A stretch of 64,000 nt of DNA from Candidatus Poribacteria bacterium (GCA_965116925.1 OZ220744.1:5888001-5952000); one strand, 5' to 3'. Shown: positions 38,168 to 48,021, counted from the first letter of the stretch. Program-made: numbers and translations. Notes: generated from the sequence alone by a model not told the origin.

Positions 38168-39493
38168 TTATTCGCTCGGTCGCGGCAATGGTTGTACGGT
38201 CCTAACCTCTTTCAAGACTGTGTTAAAGTCCGCCAACAACGTTTTTGCCTCTGCCCTTGTCATCCAATTCCCGATAGGCGGTGAGGTAGTATGACGACCG
38301 AAATCAGCTTGCCAGTCCATTCCCCTGATCTTCATGTAACGTTCAACACTGCCTACCCCTTCGTCACGACCTCTCTGGAGATCATGCGTCAAGTTTATCA
38401 ACTGACCCGCGGGTCTATGCTTGAGTTGCCATTCGATGACAGCCGCTGTAGCGACTGCGCTCGCGTGCGCCTCTTTGTCCACAAACTTGTGTGCCGCTAA
38501 CTGCGCCTCATTGAACTGATACTGGTCCTCTTCCACTCTGACCCCATCCCTGTTCCACTTAAAATCGTGTCGATTCTGGTTATACTGCCACCAATGCGCC
38601 ATCTCATGGGCGAGTGTCCATACCAGTTGCAGCATACCTGGACTATTGAGTTCGGAAACCTCTAAACTATTTATATTCGTTGAACCATCTATAGCGGGTG
38701 CTAAAGTAAATTTTACGTTATACACTGTGATTAACCCCTTAAGATGTCCTCCCCTGTTTCCGTCTGCCGTCCCTAACTTGTATTGGATTCTCAGTTTGTC
38801 TCTGAATAGCTCACCAGAGAAACTCGGAGAGTTTTCAAATACGACCTTAGCAATCTCTTTCTCAAGCCCACTGAACTCTCGTTTGCCCTGAATTTGTAAT
38901 GCAGGCGTAGTCGGGAAAGGAGGTTGAGGTACAACTACTACAGCATAATCTGGAGGGGTCGGCGGATCTTGGTCTGCCGGTATGCGATCGACTGGCATTC
39001 CTCTTGGATATGGATATGTCGGTTGCGGTGTTCCCGCTGGTAGATGTGTAAAAATATAAGTGTCGTGTTGAACTGTAGTCGTTTTCTCGGCTTTTTCGTT
39101 CCAGTTACCTGCTTCGTCTTGAGCCTTACCGGCAGGAACTATAAACTTTATATCGCCGCCGTGAGTGTCTCTTGGTCTAACAGTTAAAATAAACCTTCTG
39201 CCCGGTTGACTCTCATCTTCTTCCCATGCTACTTCTGTGTGGGTTATCCCTTCGATCCTGACATCGCTCTGTGTAAATCCGATTACTATCTCACTCCAAA
39301 AAAACACTACATCGAACTCACGGTATGGCACGCTTGGACTGACAAGGATAGTTACCGTGGGACTTCGAGTGTCTGGTTCGGGGACCGGCGGCGGTACAGG
39401 CGTATAGGGATAGGGTGTAGGCGCGCTTTTGGCGGTAGACCCCATGCCTCTCTGCGTATTTCTGAGTCTTCTAAGCAGTGATGGAAACTTCAT
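38168..39493 (-). CDS. Ig-like domain plus HEXXH metalloprotease-like protein
   Basis: Leader MKFPSLLRRLRNTQRGMGST, Ig-like segment (PTVTI...WSEIVIGFTQSD...AQDEAGNWN), LAHEMAHWWQ and KEAHASA. Confidence 0.75.
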   Translation of the reverse strand: MKFPSLLRRLRNTQRGMGSTAKSAPTPYPYTPVPPPVPEPDTRSPTVTILVSPSVPYREFDVVFFWSEIVIGFTQSDVRIEGITHTEVAWEEDESQPGRRFILTVRPRDTHGGDIKFIVPAGKAQDEAGNWNEKAEKTTTVQHDTYIFTHLPAGTPQPTYPYPRGMPVDRIPADQDPPTPPDYAVVVVPQPPFPTTPALQIQGKREFSGLEKEIAKVVFENSPSFSGELFRDKLRIQYKLGTADGNRGGHLKGLITVYNVKFTLAPAIDGSTNINSLEVSELNSPGMLQLVWTLAHEMAHWWQYNQNRHDFKWNRDGVRVEEDQYQFNEAQLAAHKFVDKEAHASAVATAAVIEWQLKHRPAGQLINLTHDLQRGRDEGVGSVERYMKIRGMDWQADFGRHTTSPPIGNWMTRAEAKTLLADFNTVLKEVRTVQPLPRPSE

Positions 39494-39684
39494 CGCATTT
39501 CTCCTTTTCTAATGCCTGTATAAACTCCACAAATCCAAAACATACCATTCAAACCAATACCTCTTTGAGGAACAACCGCAATTTTTCTAAAGTAAATCCA
39601 AGCCGATTGCAACTAATTATTGAGGTCTTACGCTTCTCAGTCGAACCCATGAACCCACGAACCACTCCCCAAAGGAGGAATCCC

Positions 39685-40170
39685 ATGAAAACACTCGCTC
39701 TATTACTGTTCGCGATTCTAATTCTCGGCTGTGAAACCGAGACACCTGTGGTTGAGGAGCCAGAACCTGTTATCGAAGAACCACCGCCTGTTGTGATGGA
39801 AGATGAACCCGCTATGCCCGAAGATACTGTTCCGCCAGAAATTGTAGAGGGTAGCGTGCGTGATGGCGCGGTCAATGTTGACCCCGAACCGTTGAATCGC
39901 GACGGAATGGTCTTCAAATTTACGGAAAATCTCCGTTTTTATGCAGCAGATATCCTACGTGAGGAAAAGTCCCTCGGCTGGCACCCTCTCGATGTCGTCA
40001 CCGGGCTATTCAAACCAGGAGGTGTCGTTGGGCAATTTGCAAATATAGAACCCATGGCTGGCAGTCAGTTGTTGGAACACAACACCGACTACACCATTGA
40101 GATGTACGTGCAAGATCGCGTATGTAACGGCACGAGGATAGAAATAAAGTTTCAGACCAAGCCACGCTAA
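39685..40170 (+). CDS. Lipoprotein (Ig-like), paralog of 40282
   Basis: AGGAGG RBS, lipobox ILGC, then ETETPVVE. Confidence 0.8.
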   Translation: MKTLALLLFAILILGCETETPVVEEPEPVIEEPPPVVMEDEPAMPEDTVPPEIVEGSVRDGAVNVDPEPLNRDGMVFKFTENLRFYAADILREEKSLGWHPLDVVTGLFKPGGVVGQFANIEPMAGSQLLEHNTDYTIEMYVQDRVCNGTRIEIKFQTKPR

Positions 40171-40281
40171 AAACCATCACTCGATATCGCCACCAACGCC
40201 CGATGAATTGAGAAACTACAATCCAACCTGACGTTTCTGCTTCTTTTTACGTATTACACATTATTCATCAGGAGGAATCCC

Positions 40282-40752
40282 ATGAAAAAAATGTCTCTAT
40301 TGATATTCGCTATCCTGATGCTCGGTTGTGAAACCGAGACGCCTGTCGTTGAGCAACCGCTGTCCATTATCGAAGCACCATCACCCGTTACGGCATCAGG
40401 TGAACACTTTCGGGTTGATATAAGTGAGCCGATACTATTATGGTCAAATGTGGAGGATGGAGCCGCTGACGTCGACCCTAACCCCCTCCATGTTGGAATT
40501 CGCTTCGATTTTGATGAAAATCTCAAGCTGTATAAAATTGACCTCCGGCTTGATGGTGGGCAGTCTCTCGGTTGGCTACCTCGCGGTGTCGTCGATGACG
40601 AGGACATCGGAGACCGTATAGAAATGATACCCGTGGCCGATAGTCAGATGTTGGAATTCGATACCGCATACGTCATAACGCTCTACGTTCAAGATTTAAG
40701 CTGCTGGAGTTCAAAATTCCGAATACGGTTTCGGACAAAACCAAAGCCCTGA
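40282..40752 (+). CDS. Lipoprotein (Ig-like), paralog of 39685
   Basis: Same RBS and start context, lipobox MLGC, then ETETPVVE. Confidence 0.8.
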   Translation: MKKMSLLIFAILMLGCETETPVVEQPLSIIEAPSPVTASGEHFRVDISEPILLWSNVEDGAADVDPNPLHVGIRFDFDENLKLYKIDLRLDGGQSLGWLPRGVVDDEDIGDRIEMIPVADSQMLEFDTAYVITLYVQDLSCWSSKFRIRFRTKPKP

Positions 40753-40763
40753 TATGAAGCGAG

Positions 40764-40985
40764 CAATTCGATTGGTCTCGCCCCATCTCAACGCGATATT
40801 CGGTATTTTGTCTGCCATAATATTCGTTCTCCAGAAATAAAAAAGCCTCAGACAGAGCGATCCTAAAGGAAAAATGTCCCTCGGTCGCCCTGCTGGGGCT
40901 TCAAGAAGAAAGGATATATTCGTGCTACATGATAAAATTATACAGATCTATCACCATGACGGCAAATCTTTTCTGTTGATGTTAC
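40764..40985 (-). repeat. Duplicated non-coding module (copy 2)
   Basis: TTGCCG-17-TATAAT (40965-40937), the same stem with compensatory changes, T6 at 40844-40839. Confidence 0.85.
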
Positions 40986-41004
40986 CGCTATCGCATATAC
41001 AAAT

Positions 41005-41356
41005 AGGAGTTACGCAGTTGGTTGAAAAATAGGTTATAATAGTGGTTATAAATCCACCAAAATGCAGCGAATATGACTACATCAACTTTGTGATAGCGAC
41101 ACCGAGTGTCTACAGTTGTACCGAAGCAGCGCGTGTGCAGCCCCTAGATGATAATCCACCCGCGCATGACTCATTGAATCGGTTGCTGTATCGGCTGCCT
41201 GCTGATTCAGAAGCATTGTGGACAGAGGCACAACCCGCTGTCAAAACAGACCAAGGGATTCTGGTCATAGACGACTCTACCCTGGATAAAATGGCTTTGA
41301 TACCAGATAATTTGCTTCTGCACCATCAGCTGGAATCTGGGAGAGAATCCAGTTGA
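41005..41356 (+). pseudogene. IS701-family transposase 5' fragment with left end
   Basis: AGGAGTTACGCA end; NPPKCSEYDYINF...YSCTEAAR...AHDSLNRLL...LVIDDSTLDK, then truncated. Confidence 0.8.
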
Positions 41357-41472
41357 TGGTGTAACCTTTCCTCGCCTTTCTTAGTTGCGTTTATCTGCTG
41401 CAGCCCTACCCTAACCCCGATGCTAATAGATGTTTATTGCAAGCATCGTCCTTTGAAGATACAAAAAAAATC

Positions 41473-41513
41473 TTGACAAGGGAAAAGATATTCGGTATAA
41501 TTAACAGTGTTAA
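41473..41513 (+). promoter_or_regulatory. Consensus sigma70 promoter with putative TetR operator
   Basis: TTGACA-17-TATAAT followed by the palindrome TTAACAGTGTTAA. Confidence 0.8.
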
Positions 41514-41545
41514 GTTAAATTACTATGTAAATCAGAGGCAAAGCA

Positions 41546-42151
41546 ATGGGTACTAAAGAACGCAGGGCAAGGGAAAAAGAGCAGTTACGGGATCAAATTC
41601 TTTCAGCAGCGCGGGAGTTGTTCGTCAATGAAGGCTACGAGAACGTCTCCATGCGAAAGATTGCTGATAAGATTGAGTATTCACCGACGACGATCTATCT
41701 CTACTTCAAAGACAAGGCAGATCTTTTAGATTCTGTGTGTAAGGAAACCCTCTTGGACCTGTTGAACACGCTTGAGCTGCTAAACAGAGATAAAAGCGAT
41801 CCTGTCGAGACGCTAAGAAAAAGTGGAAAAGCGTATGTCGAATTCGGTCTAAGGTATCCGCAGGATTACAAGTTGACGTTTGTCATCCGTCCCCAGTTCC
41901 AGCAGGGTTTGGGTCTGGAAGAAGGATCGGTTGGCGAAAGGGTGTTTAATTACCTGCGCGAAATGGTCTCTGAATGTATTCGACAAAAGGTATTTCGGCA
42001 AGTGGATGTCGATACCGCTGGTCAGGCGCTGTGGTCAGCAGTTCACGGCGTCACATTGCTCCTGATCGATTTTTCCGATTTTCCTTGGACCGAGAAAGAC
42101 AAATTGATCGATACGGTCATTCACACAATGATCGAGGGGTTGAAAGCATAG
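41546..42151 (+). CDS. TetR/AcrR family regulator
   Basis: HTH SMRKIADKIEYSPTTIYLYFKDK and a WSAVHG C-terminal domain. Confidence 0.95.
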   Translation: MGTKERRAREKEQLRDQILSAARELFVNEGYENVSMRKIADKIEYSPTTIYLYFKDKADLLDSVCKETLLDLLNTLELLNRDKSDPVETLRKSGKAYVEFGLRYPQDYKLTFVIRPQFQQGLGLEEGSVGERVFNYLREMVSECIRQKVFRQVDVDTAGQALWSAVHGVTLLLIDFSDFPWTEKDKLIDTVIHTMIEGLKA

Positions 42152-42234
42152 ATTCTAGGTTATAGTGGATTCTACAAATGTCAAGTATTTTGAACCGGAG
42201 CGTCAAAAAAGATAACTTAATTAGGAGGTGCTGT

Positions 42235-42705
42235 ATGCACATGAGAACACTTTTCATCGTTATATTGGCGATAACATTATGTGGTTGTGAAGCACTTGTT
42301 GATACAGTGGTTACGCAGCCGGAGGAGAACCAACTTGTCGGGGTGTGGACCATTGAGACGATAGATGGTCAAACATTAGAGATGGCTATCCCCGGAGCGC
42401 AAGAGCTCGCTGATTTCTTTGACATCTGGACGTTCTATCGTGATGGTCGATACGAGCGGATATGGGGGTGGACGCCCGCAGCCAACGCCGATGGCGTATT
42501 CGTCTCACCGCCCCTCTACTTTAGTATCGATGGGAACTATACTGTGGAGGGTTCGCGATTTACCATGACGGTTGAGAACTCAATGTTCTTTGGCGATGCG
42601 CCAAACCCCGGTGATGAAATGAGCGGCACATGGGTCAGGGAAGAATCGACATTGACACTCACCTTTGATGACGGCACGGTTATTGTCCTGAAAGAAAGGG
42701 TGTGA
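42235..42705 (+). CDS. Lipoprotein, lipocalin-like
   Basis: Lipobox LCGC, LVGVW motif, beta-rich composition. Confidence 0.7.
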   Translation: MHMRTLFIVILAITLCGCEALVDTVVTQPEENQLVGVWTIETIDGQTLEMAIPGAQELADFFDIWTFYRDGRYERIWGWTPAANADGVFVSPPLYFSIDGNYTVEGSRFTMTVENSMFFGDAPNPGDEMSGTWVREESTLTLTFDDGTVIVLKERV

Positions 42706-42891
42706 AAAAGGTAGTTCAACAACTTATAGCAGTCAATTCCTCTTGAAGTACTCCTATGCAAGTTTGCTACTACAATCAAGTTGGGGTTGACTGCCCTCAA
42801 ATCATTCATAGTGAATTCTACAAATAAATAGACATTAAAAGCAGTAGGCACATTATATGGCGAAGGTCGCCATATTTTTTTGGTTGGTATA

Positions 42892-42904
42892 TTAACACTG
42901 TTAA
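42892..42904. promoter_or_regulatory. Second putative TetR operator
   Basis: TTAACACTGTTAA, with following bases (GTTA..TA.CTATGT) similar to the 41501 site. Confidence 0.7.
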
Positions 42905-42952
42905 GTTATTTATCTATGTTAATACATAGAAAACCCTGAAAGGAAAATAAAA

Positions 42953-44614
42953 ATGAAGAAACGGAACTTATTCTACAAACACTTTCTTTTCGCAAAACTT
43001 AGCTTGACTACTAATCACACGAGGTACCATGAACTCAGCCGCTTCTTTATGCTAGTTTTTGGATTCTTCCTATCAGGATGTTCAGTCCTGTCCGGTGAAG
43101 AGGTTGATCCGATATTAACTGCCTCCACGGAATTTACTTTTGGGCAGTATGAAGTCTTCACCGGGACCGCGAAACACCAGACGATTTTGACGGGGTTTCT
43201 GTTTGGTAATGCTACTGCGGAACTTGTCGTGGTGAATATCGACGAGAAGGATGAGCGTCGTTTGCACATCTACGCGTTTGATGACGACAGTTGGGCACTG
43301 AAACTGGAAGCAACACTGCGACCCGAAGTGTTATTCGTTGATGTGGCTAACATCGGTGGACGGGACCGCTTGATTACCTATGAGGCGGGACGCCTGAACT
43401 GGTTTAATCCCGAATCGGCAACGGAGCACTTGTTGACGGCTGCTGCTTCCAACGTTCCGCCTCCCATTGACGAAATTCCCCATCTTGATGTTACGCAGGA
43501 CCTTAACGGTGATAACTGTGACGACTTAGTTCTGCCAGACTCCGACGGCTTCTGGGTATTCATCCAGATGAAAGATGGCATGTTCGCCGATCCAGTGAAG
43601 ATTGGTCGCTCTATTGAGATAGGTAGAATCTACGCAACCGACGGATATCGATATAACCCTTGGACTGAAGCGCGTATCCATGAGATGGACTATGACCAAG
43701 ACGGTCGCAGTGATTTAGTGTTCTGGAACGAGGATCATTTCGTCGTTCATCACCAAGATGAGCGTGGGTTATTCTCCCCTATGGCTAAGACCTTCACAAC
43801 CGAGGTTGCCTTCGACTCCGATGACCTCGGTTCCCTTGTCGCTCCCGACGGGGTTCGTGGCAGACGTTTCGACCACGGAGCACCCGGTGCCATGACGGGG
43901 AGGGTGCTGCACAGGTTAACCGACATGAACCACGACGGTATCGCCGATCTCTCGATCTTCTCGTTGCGAGCAGGGAAAAGTGGTTTTCTAGGGCAGACCT
44001 CCGAACTATGGAATATGCACTCCACCTACGAGGTACACTTCGGTAGGCAGACACCCGGCGGCACTGTGTTCGAGACGGAAGTCGGCACCATGATCCGGTC
44101 GGACGGCATCCCGTTTGAGATAGGCGCGCGCGACTTGGACTACGACGGTCAGGTTGATGTGATGTGTGCGGTTATCGACCCGGGCATCTTCAAAATTATC
44201 GGTATGTTGGCGAGGGGGATCGCGACGGATTCTGCGTTGCTGGATCTCAATCTCTACCGCATGGAAGGAGGGGCATATCCCGACGAACGTGACGCCACCT
44301 ACAAGATCAAGGCGTACACGCCCGGCGATTCGGGGAAGAAAGCCATGCACTTCCCAGCGTTGCTATTTGGAGATGTAAACGGCGATGGACGCCCGGACCT
44401 GCTAGCGCAGAATGGGCAAAAAGAATTGCACGTCTTTGTCGGCGTGCCGGGGCCTAACCTGTTTGCCCGGAAGCCTCAAAAGGTAGAAGTAGTCATGCCC
44501 TACGAGGAATACACTTGGCTGGTAGACTTTAACAAGGACGGGCTGCAGGATCTCCTCATGCACCATCCGTCCACCACCGAACCCCATCGGGTGACGATGC
44601 TGATCGCTCAATGA
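42953..44614 (+). CDS. FG-GAP/VCBS repeat protein (possible lipoprotein)
   Basis: Repeated DxNxDGxxD motifs (DLNGDNCDD, DYDQDGRSD, DMNHDGIAD, DVNGDGRPD, DFNKDGLQD); LSGC lipobox. Confidence 0.85.
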   Translation: MKKRNLFYKHFLFAKLSLTTNHTRYHELSRFFMLVFGFFLSGCSVLSGEEVDPILTASTEFTFGQYEVFTGTAKHQTILTGFLFGNATAELVVVNIDEKDERRLHIYAFDDDSWALKLEATLRPEVLFVDVANIGGRDRLITYEAGRLNWFNPESATEHLLTAAASNVPPPIDEIPHLDVTQDLNGDNCDDLVLPDSDGFWVFIQMKDGMFADPVKIGRSIEIGRIYATDGYRYNPWTEARIHEMDYDQDGRSDLVFWNEDHFVVHHQDERGLFSPMAKTFTTEVAFDSDDLGSLVAPDGVRGRRFDHGAPGAMTGRVLHRLTDMNHDGIADLSIFSLRAGKSGFLGQTSELWNMHSTYEVHFGRQTPGGTVFETEVGTMIRSDGIPFEIGARDLDYDGQVDVMCAVIDPGIFKIIGMLARGIATDSALLDLNLYRMEGGAYPDERDATYKIKAYTPGDSGKKAMHFPALLFGDVNGDGRPDLLAQNGQKELHVFVGVPGPNLFARKPQKVEVVMPYEEYTWLVDFNKDGLQDLLMHHPSTTEPHRVTMLIAQ

Positions 44615-44650
44615 GCGAAATTGGTGATTTATATCGTTGCGTTTCACATT

Positions 44651-44859
44651 GGTAGCACCGCAGTTAAGTGTGGTAGGCATCAAATGTCTGAAATTATGGG
44701 CAAAATCCGAGGCACACCCAAAAATGGCATACATCGGTAATACGCCTCGAAACCCCGTGTTCATTGAGGATTTCTCTGATGAATGCCTTGTTGCTGTATG
44801 AACGATTTTGCAAACTTGAGTGCCGATTTCACTACTCCACACTTTAGTGCAGACCTACC
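44651..44859. mobile_element. 209-bp MITE with 8-bp TSD
   Basis: IRs GGTAGCACCGCAGTTAAGTGTGG and CCACACTTTAGTGCAGACCTACC; TTCACATT duplicated at 44643-44650 and 44860-44867. Confidence 0.8.
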
Positions 44860-44885
44860 TTCACATTTCAAAAAGGAGGAAAACA

Positions 44886-45446
44886 GTGATACGTTCAATT
44901 TTTTGCTTTATGGCTACTCTCTTGGGAATAATCTTCAGTTTCTCAACTCAAGTGCAAGCAGCTGACCTTACCAGAAATTTCGGTATTGGACTTCAGGGAG
45001 CTGCGCCTGCATACGGCCTTGTTCAAGAGCAATCGGAGCCAATCCTTGGTGGAATCAGTTTTCGCTATAACGGACTGGCACCCATCTATTTCCAAACCGT
45101 TGGACATTTTGTTCTTGATGATCAGGATAGTGACCATATATTAGGTGCTGGCATTTCATACGCCATATTCGAGCACCAAAGTCAGTGGAATATAGCCCGA
45201 CTTTATTTCGCATTGGAGGGTGGCGGGCGGTATCAAAAAAAACAAGAACTCAATCAAGAGACGCTCAAAACCACGACTCTCGGAGCTGGCCTCGCTTTTG
45301 GGGGTGAACTTGTGTTTTCACTGGAAGGGATTCCTCTCGGTTTGAACGTGAAAGTCGGTCAAGGATTTGGCAAGGAAACGGTTGATTCTCAATCCAAGGG
45401 TCGCGCCGGCGTTTATGTAGGAACAGGCATACACGCCTATTTTTAG
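44886..45446 (+). CDS. Putative small outer-membrane beta-barrel protein
   Basis: GTG start after AGGAGG, signal peptide, amphipathic strands, C-terminal ...GIHAYF. Confidence 0.65.
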   Translation: MIRSIFCFMATLLGIIFSFSTQVQAADLTRNFGIGLQGAAPAYGLVQEQSEPILGGISFRYNGLAPIYFQTVGHFVLDDQDSDHILGAGISYAIFEHQSQWNIARLYFALEGGGRYQKKQELNQETLKTTTLGAGLAFGGELVFSLEGIPLGLNVKVGQGFGKETVDSQSKGRAGVYVGTGIHAYF

Positions 45447-45457
45447 ACTCTCTTTTT

Positions 45458-45589
45458 GATTCATATAAAGAGAAAATGTGAGATATGAAGCGAAATCGTA
45501 GGGGCGGGGTTTCCCCGCCCGCAGTAGGGGTTAGGTCACCTAACCCCTACAAAGCCCGATTGCTGTTGCGCGCTTTCTTAACATCAGCC
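45458..45589. repeat. MITE family A copy with REP-like interior
   Basis: GATTCATATAAAG...CTTAACATCAGCC with GTAGGGGCGGGG and GTAGGGGTTAGG..CCTAACCCCTAC hairpins. Confidence 0.7.
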
Positions 45590-45686
45590 ACTCATATTAT
45601 CCTATAACGTCCACCTGTCAATTAAAATATCTTGCTTTTCCAAATTATTTTCTTTATCATGGTACGGGGACAGAAAGGGTGAGGTA

Positions 45687-46790
45687 ATGATTCATAAACA
45701 AATCAGGGCAGTGCTAATCACGATTTTGGTATGCGCGTTACTTTCTCAGTCGAATGCGGCTTCCGCTGAAGTGAGTGAGGCAGGGCAGCTCTATGAGACT
45801 GCTTTCAGGCGAATAGTTGAGGGGGATTACGGTGAGGCGTACGATCGGCTCAACGAAGTCATTGACAGATACCCGGACACTGTCTACGCGCGGTTTGCGG
45901 AAGATCAGCGGCAGCGGTTGGAACAGATGAATCTGCCAAGCATTCGCCGCAAGAAAATTGACCAGAGTGGTCGAATTGGGACTGTGGTGTTCAGCACCTT
46001 GTATTCGACATGGCTGGGAATTGGCACAGCGAGGCTTGCTGATGAAACAGACAACGCAAAAAGCATCGCTACCGGTATGATGATAGGGGCACCGGCGGGA
46101 CTTTTGGCCTCTCTGGTTGCGACGCGAAATGCCAAATTGACCCGTGGACAGTCCGCTTTAATCAACTTCAGTGGTGCTTGGGGAACGTGGCAAGGATTGG
46201 GCTGGGCAATTCTAATTGACGAGGAGGATGGCGAAAAGCCGTTGATTGGCGGCGCAATGATCGGTGGACTGTCGGGCATTCTGACGACCTCTATTCTCAC
46301 AAGAAGAATTGATCCGAATTTAGGAGACATGGCGATAATCAATTACGGTGCACTTTGGAGCACATGGTTATCTTTGTGTGCAGGTCAAGTTGCCGGTGTT
46401 GAAGGTGGAGAGGAATTACTCGCTTGGACGCTCATTGGGGGGAATTTGGGTATGACAGCAATGGCATTGGTTTCCCCAAACATTGACATTACGCCAGCAC
46501 GGGCGAATTGGATTAATCTGGGAGGGGTTATCGGTACTACAGTTGCCAGCGGAATAGTGACGATAATTGCTGAAAGCAATATTAGTGAGGAGGCCGCATT
46601 TGGGGCCCTAATGGTTGGCGGCATTGCTGGGCTTATTACAGGCGTTTACAACACCCGTCATATCTCGCCTCCAGAAGCGAGTGAAGGGCTGAGTCGCCGG
46701 AATGATTCGACGCTATGGGATAGCCCTCCACACCAATTGCAGTTAAGTTCTAACGGTATACACACCAATTTCTTCAGCCTCCGATTTTGA
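45687..46790 (+). CDS. Exported protein: TPR-like helix pair plus Gly-rich hydrophobic repeats
   Basis: Signal peptide, LYETA...YPDT, three INxGxxWGxW-type repeats, C-terminal Phe. Confidence 0.75.
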   Translation: MIHKQIRAVLITILVCALLSQSNAASAEVSEAGQLYETAFRRIVEGDYGEAYDRLNEVIDRYPDTVYARFAEDQRQRLEQMNLPSIRRKKIDQSGRIGTVVFSTLYSTWLGIGTARLADETDNAKSIATGMMIGAPAGLLASLVATRNAKLTRGQSALINFSGAWGTWQGLGWAILIDEEDGEKPLIGGAMIGGLSGILTTSILTRRIDPNLGDMAIINYGALWSTWLSLCAGQVAGVEGGEELLAWTLIGGNLGMTAMALVSPNIDITPARANWINLGGVIGTTVASGIVTIIAESNISEEAAFGALMVGGIAGLITGVYNTRHISPPEASEGLSRRNDSTLWDSPPHQLQLSSNGIHTNFFSLRF

Positions 46791-46834
46791 TCGCGGATCC
46801 TTTCATTGAGTCAACAACTAGAAAGATTGAAACT

Positions 46835-47983
46835 ATGCCGAATCAATTCATCAAAATTATTGTCGCAGTTCTTCTTTCCTTTTCCTCACCTCCTCTGTGG
46901 GCGGGTGAGATTGAATCAGAAGTCAAAGCACTGGAAGCACGATTGATCTATGAAGAAGCTGTTAAGCGGGTTGTCGATGGGGAATACGATGCAGCCCTCA
47001 GACGACTGGACTGGCTTAGTGCTTCCTATCCCGAAACAGCACATGGGCGATTGGCAACGGATAAAAAGCAGGAAATTGCTATTTTGCTACAGCAACCCAA
47101 ACCGATCAGCGGCATAAGCAGGGCGGGACTTGTTAGTTTCGGTACGCTCTTTACGACATGGCTAGGTGTTGGCGCGCTGATACTTGCGGATGTAGAGGAT
47201 CCGGTCCCTTACGGGCTTGTTCTGATTGCGGGGCCCGTAGGCGGATTAGCCGGCTCTTTAAGCCTCACGCGGAACATCGAACTGAGCGATGGGCAGGCTT
47301 CATTGATTAATCTTGGAGGCGTTTGGGGTATCTGGCAAGCGGTCGGAGCAGCTGCCCTTGCTGATGCCAGTGAAAAGCCGACTGTGTATGCTAGCATGGT
47401 GGGCGGTGCTCTTGGATTGGCGTTGGCTAGCAGTATTGTCAAAGGCAGAGACATCAGTCCCGGTGATGCAACGCTAATCAATTTCGGCGGGATCTGGGGA
47501 ACATGGTTTTCGATTTGTGGGGCGATGGCTGCTCGCGACAGGAGCCGTGATAACAGCAAATTTGTTCTCGGCAGTGCAATGATGGGCGGCAATGTTGGAC
47601 TATCAGCCATGGCGGCGTGGTCAACGAAACTGAATATGAGTCGTGCTCGCGCCCGTCTTATCAATATCGGAGGCATCGTAGGTACACTCTACGGTTTAGG
47701 CACAAGTATTCTGCTTGATATTGAGCCGGAGGACCGGAGTTTTTGGTCACTCATGGGAATCGGCGGTGTGGTTGGGTTGACAGCGGGTTCCTATTTTACC
47801 CGAAACTACGACGCTCCAGAGAGTTATTTCACAGAAAGTGGTGTGGGGTTACTGAATCTTGAACCCGTTGAGAAGAGATGGGACCTATCTTTTCCATCGA
47901 TTACTATTTCCCCTATCAGTAACAGAGATTCGCGGATTCCTGATGTTGAATTGCGGACATCGTTGATTCAGGTTCAGTTCTAA
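46835..47983 (+). CDS. Paralog of 45687: TPR-like plus Gly-rich hydrophobic repeats
   Basis: INLGGVWGIW, INFGGIWGTW and INIGGIVG repeats; C-terminal Phe. Confidence 0.75.
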   Translation: MPNQFIKIIVAVLLSFSSPPLWAGEIESEVKALEARLIYEEAVKRVVDGEYDAALRRLDWLSASYPETAHGRLATDKKQEIAILLQQPKPISGISRAGLVSFGTLFTTWLGVGALILADVEDPVPYGLVLIAGPVGGLAGSLSLTRNIELSDGQASLINLGGVWGIWQAVGAAALADASEKPTVYASMVGGALGLALASSIVKGRDISPGDATLINFGGIWGTWFSICGAMAARDRSRDNSKFVLGSAMMGGNVGLSAMAAWSTKLNMSRARARLINIGGIVGTLYGLGTSILLDIEPEDRSFWSLMGIGGVVGLTAGSYFTRNYDAPESYFTESGVGLLNLEPVEKRWDLSFPSITISPISNRDSRIPDVELRTSLIQVQF

Positions 47984-48021
47984 CAGCAGAGGTCGGAGAG
48001 GAGCACCGCAATACAGGCATA

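Noticed and set aside
39478..39684. N-terminal extensions in the ORF track (also 2488, 13577, 15963, 18570, 34676, 44820)
   Set aside because: Better RBS and signal-peptide starts lie downstream, and several extensions run through MITEs or intron RNA.
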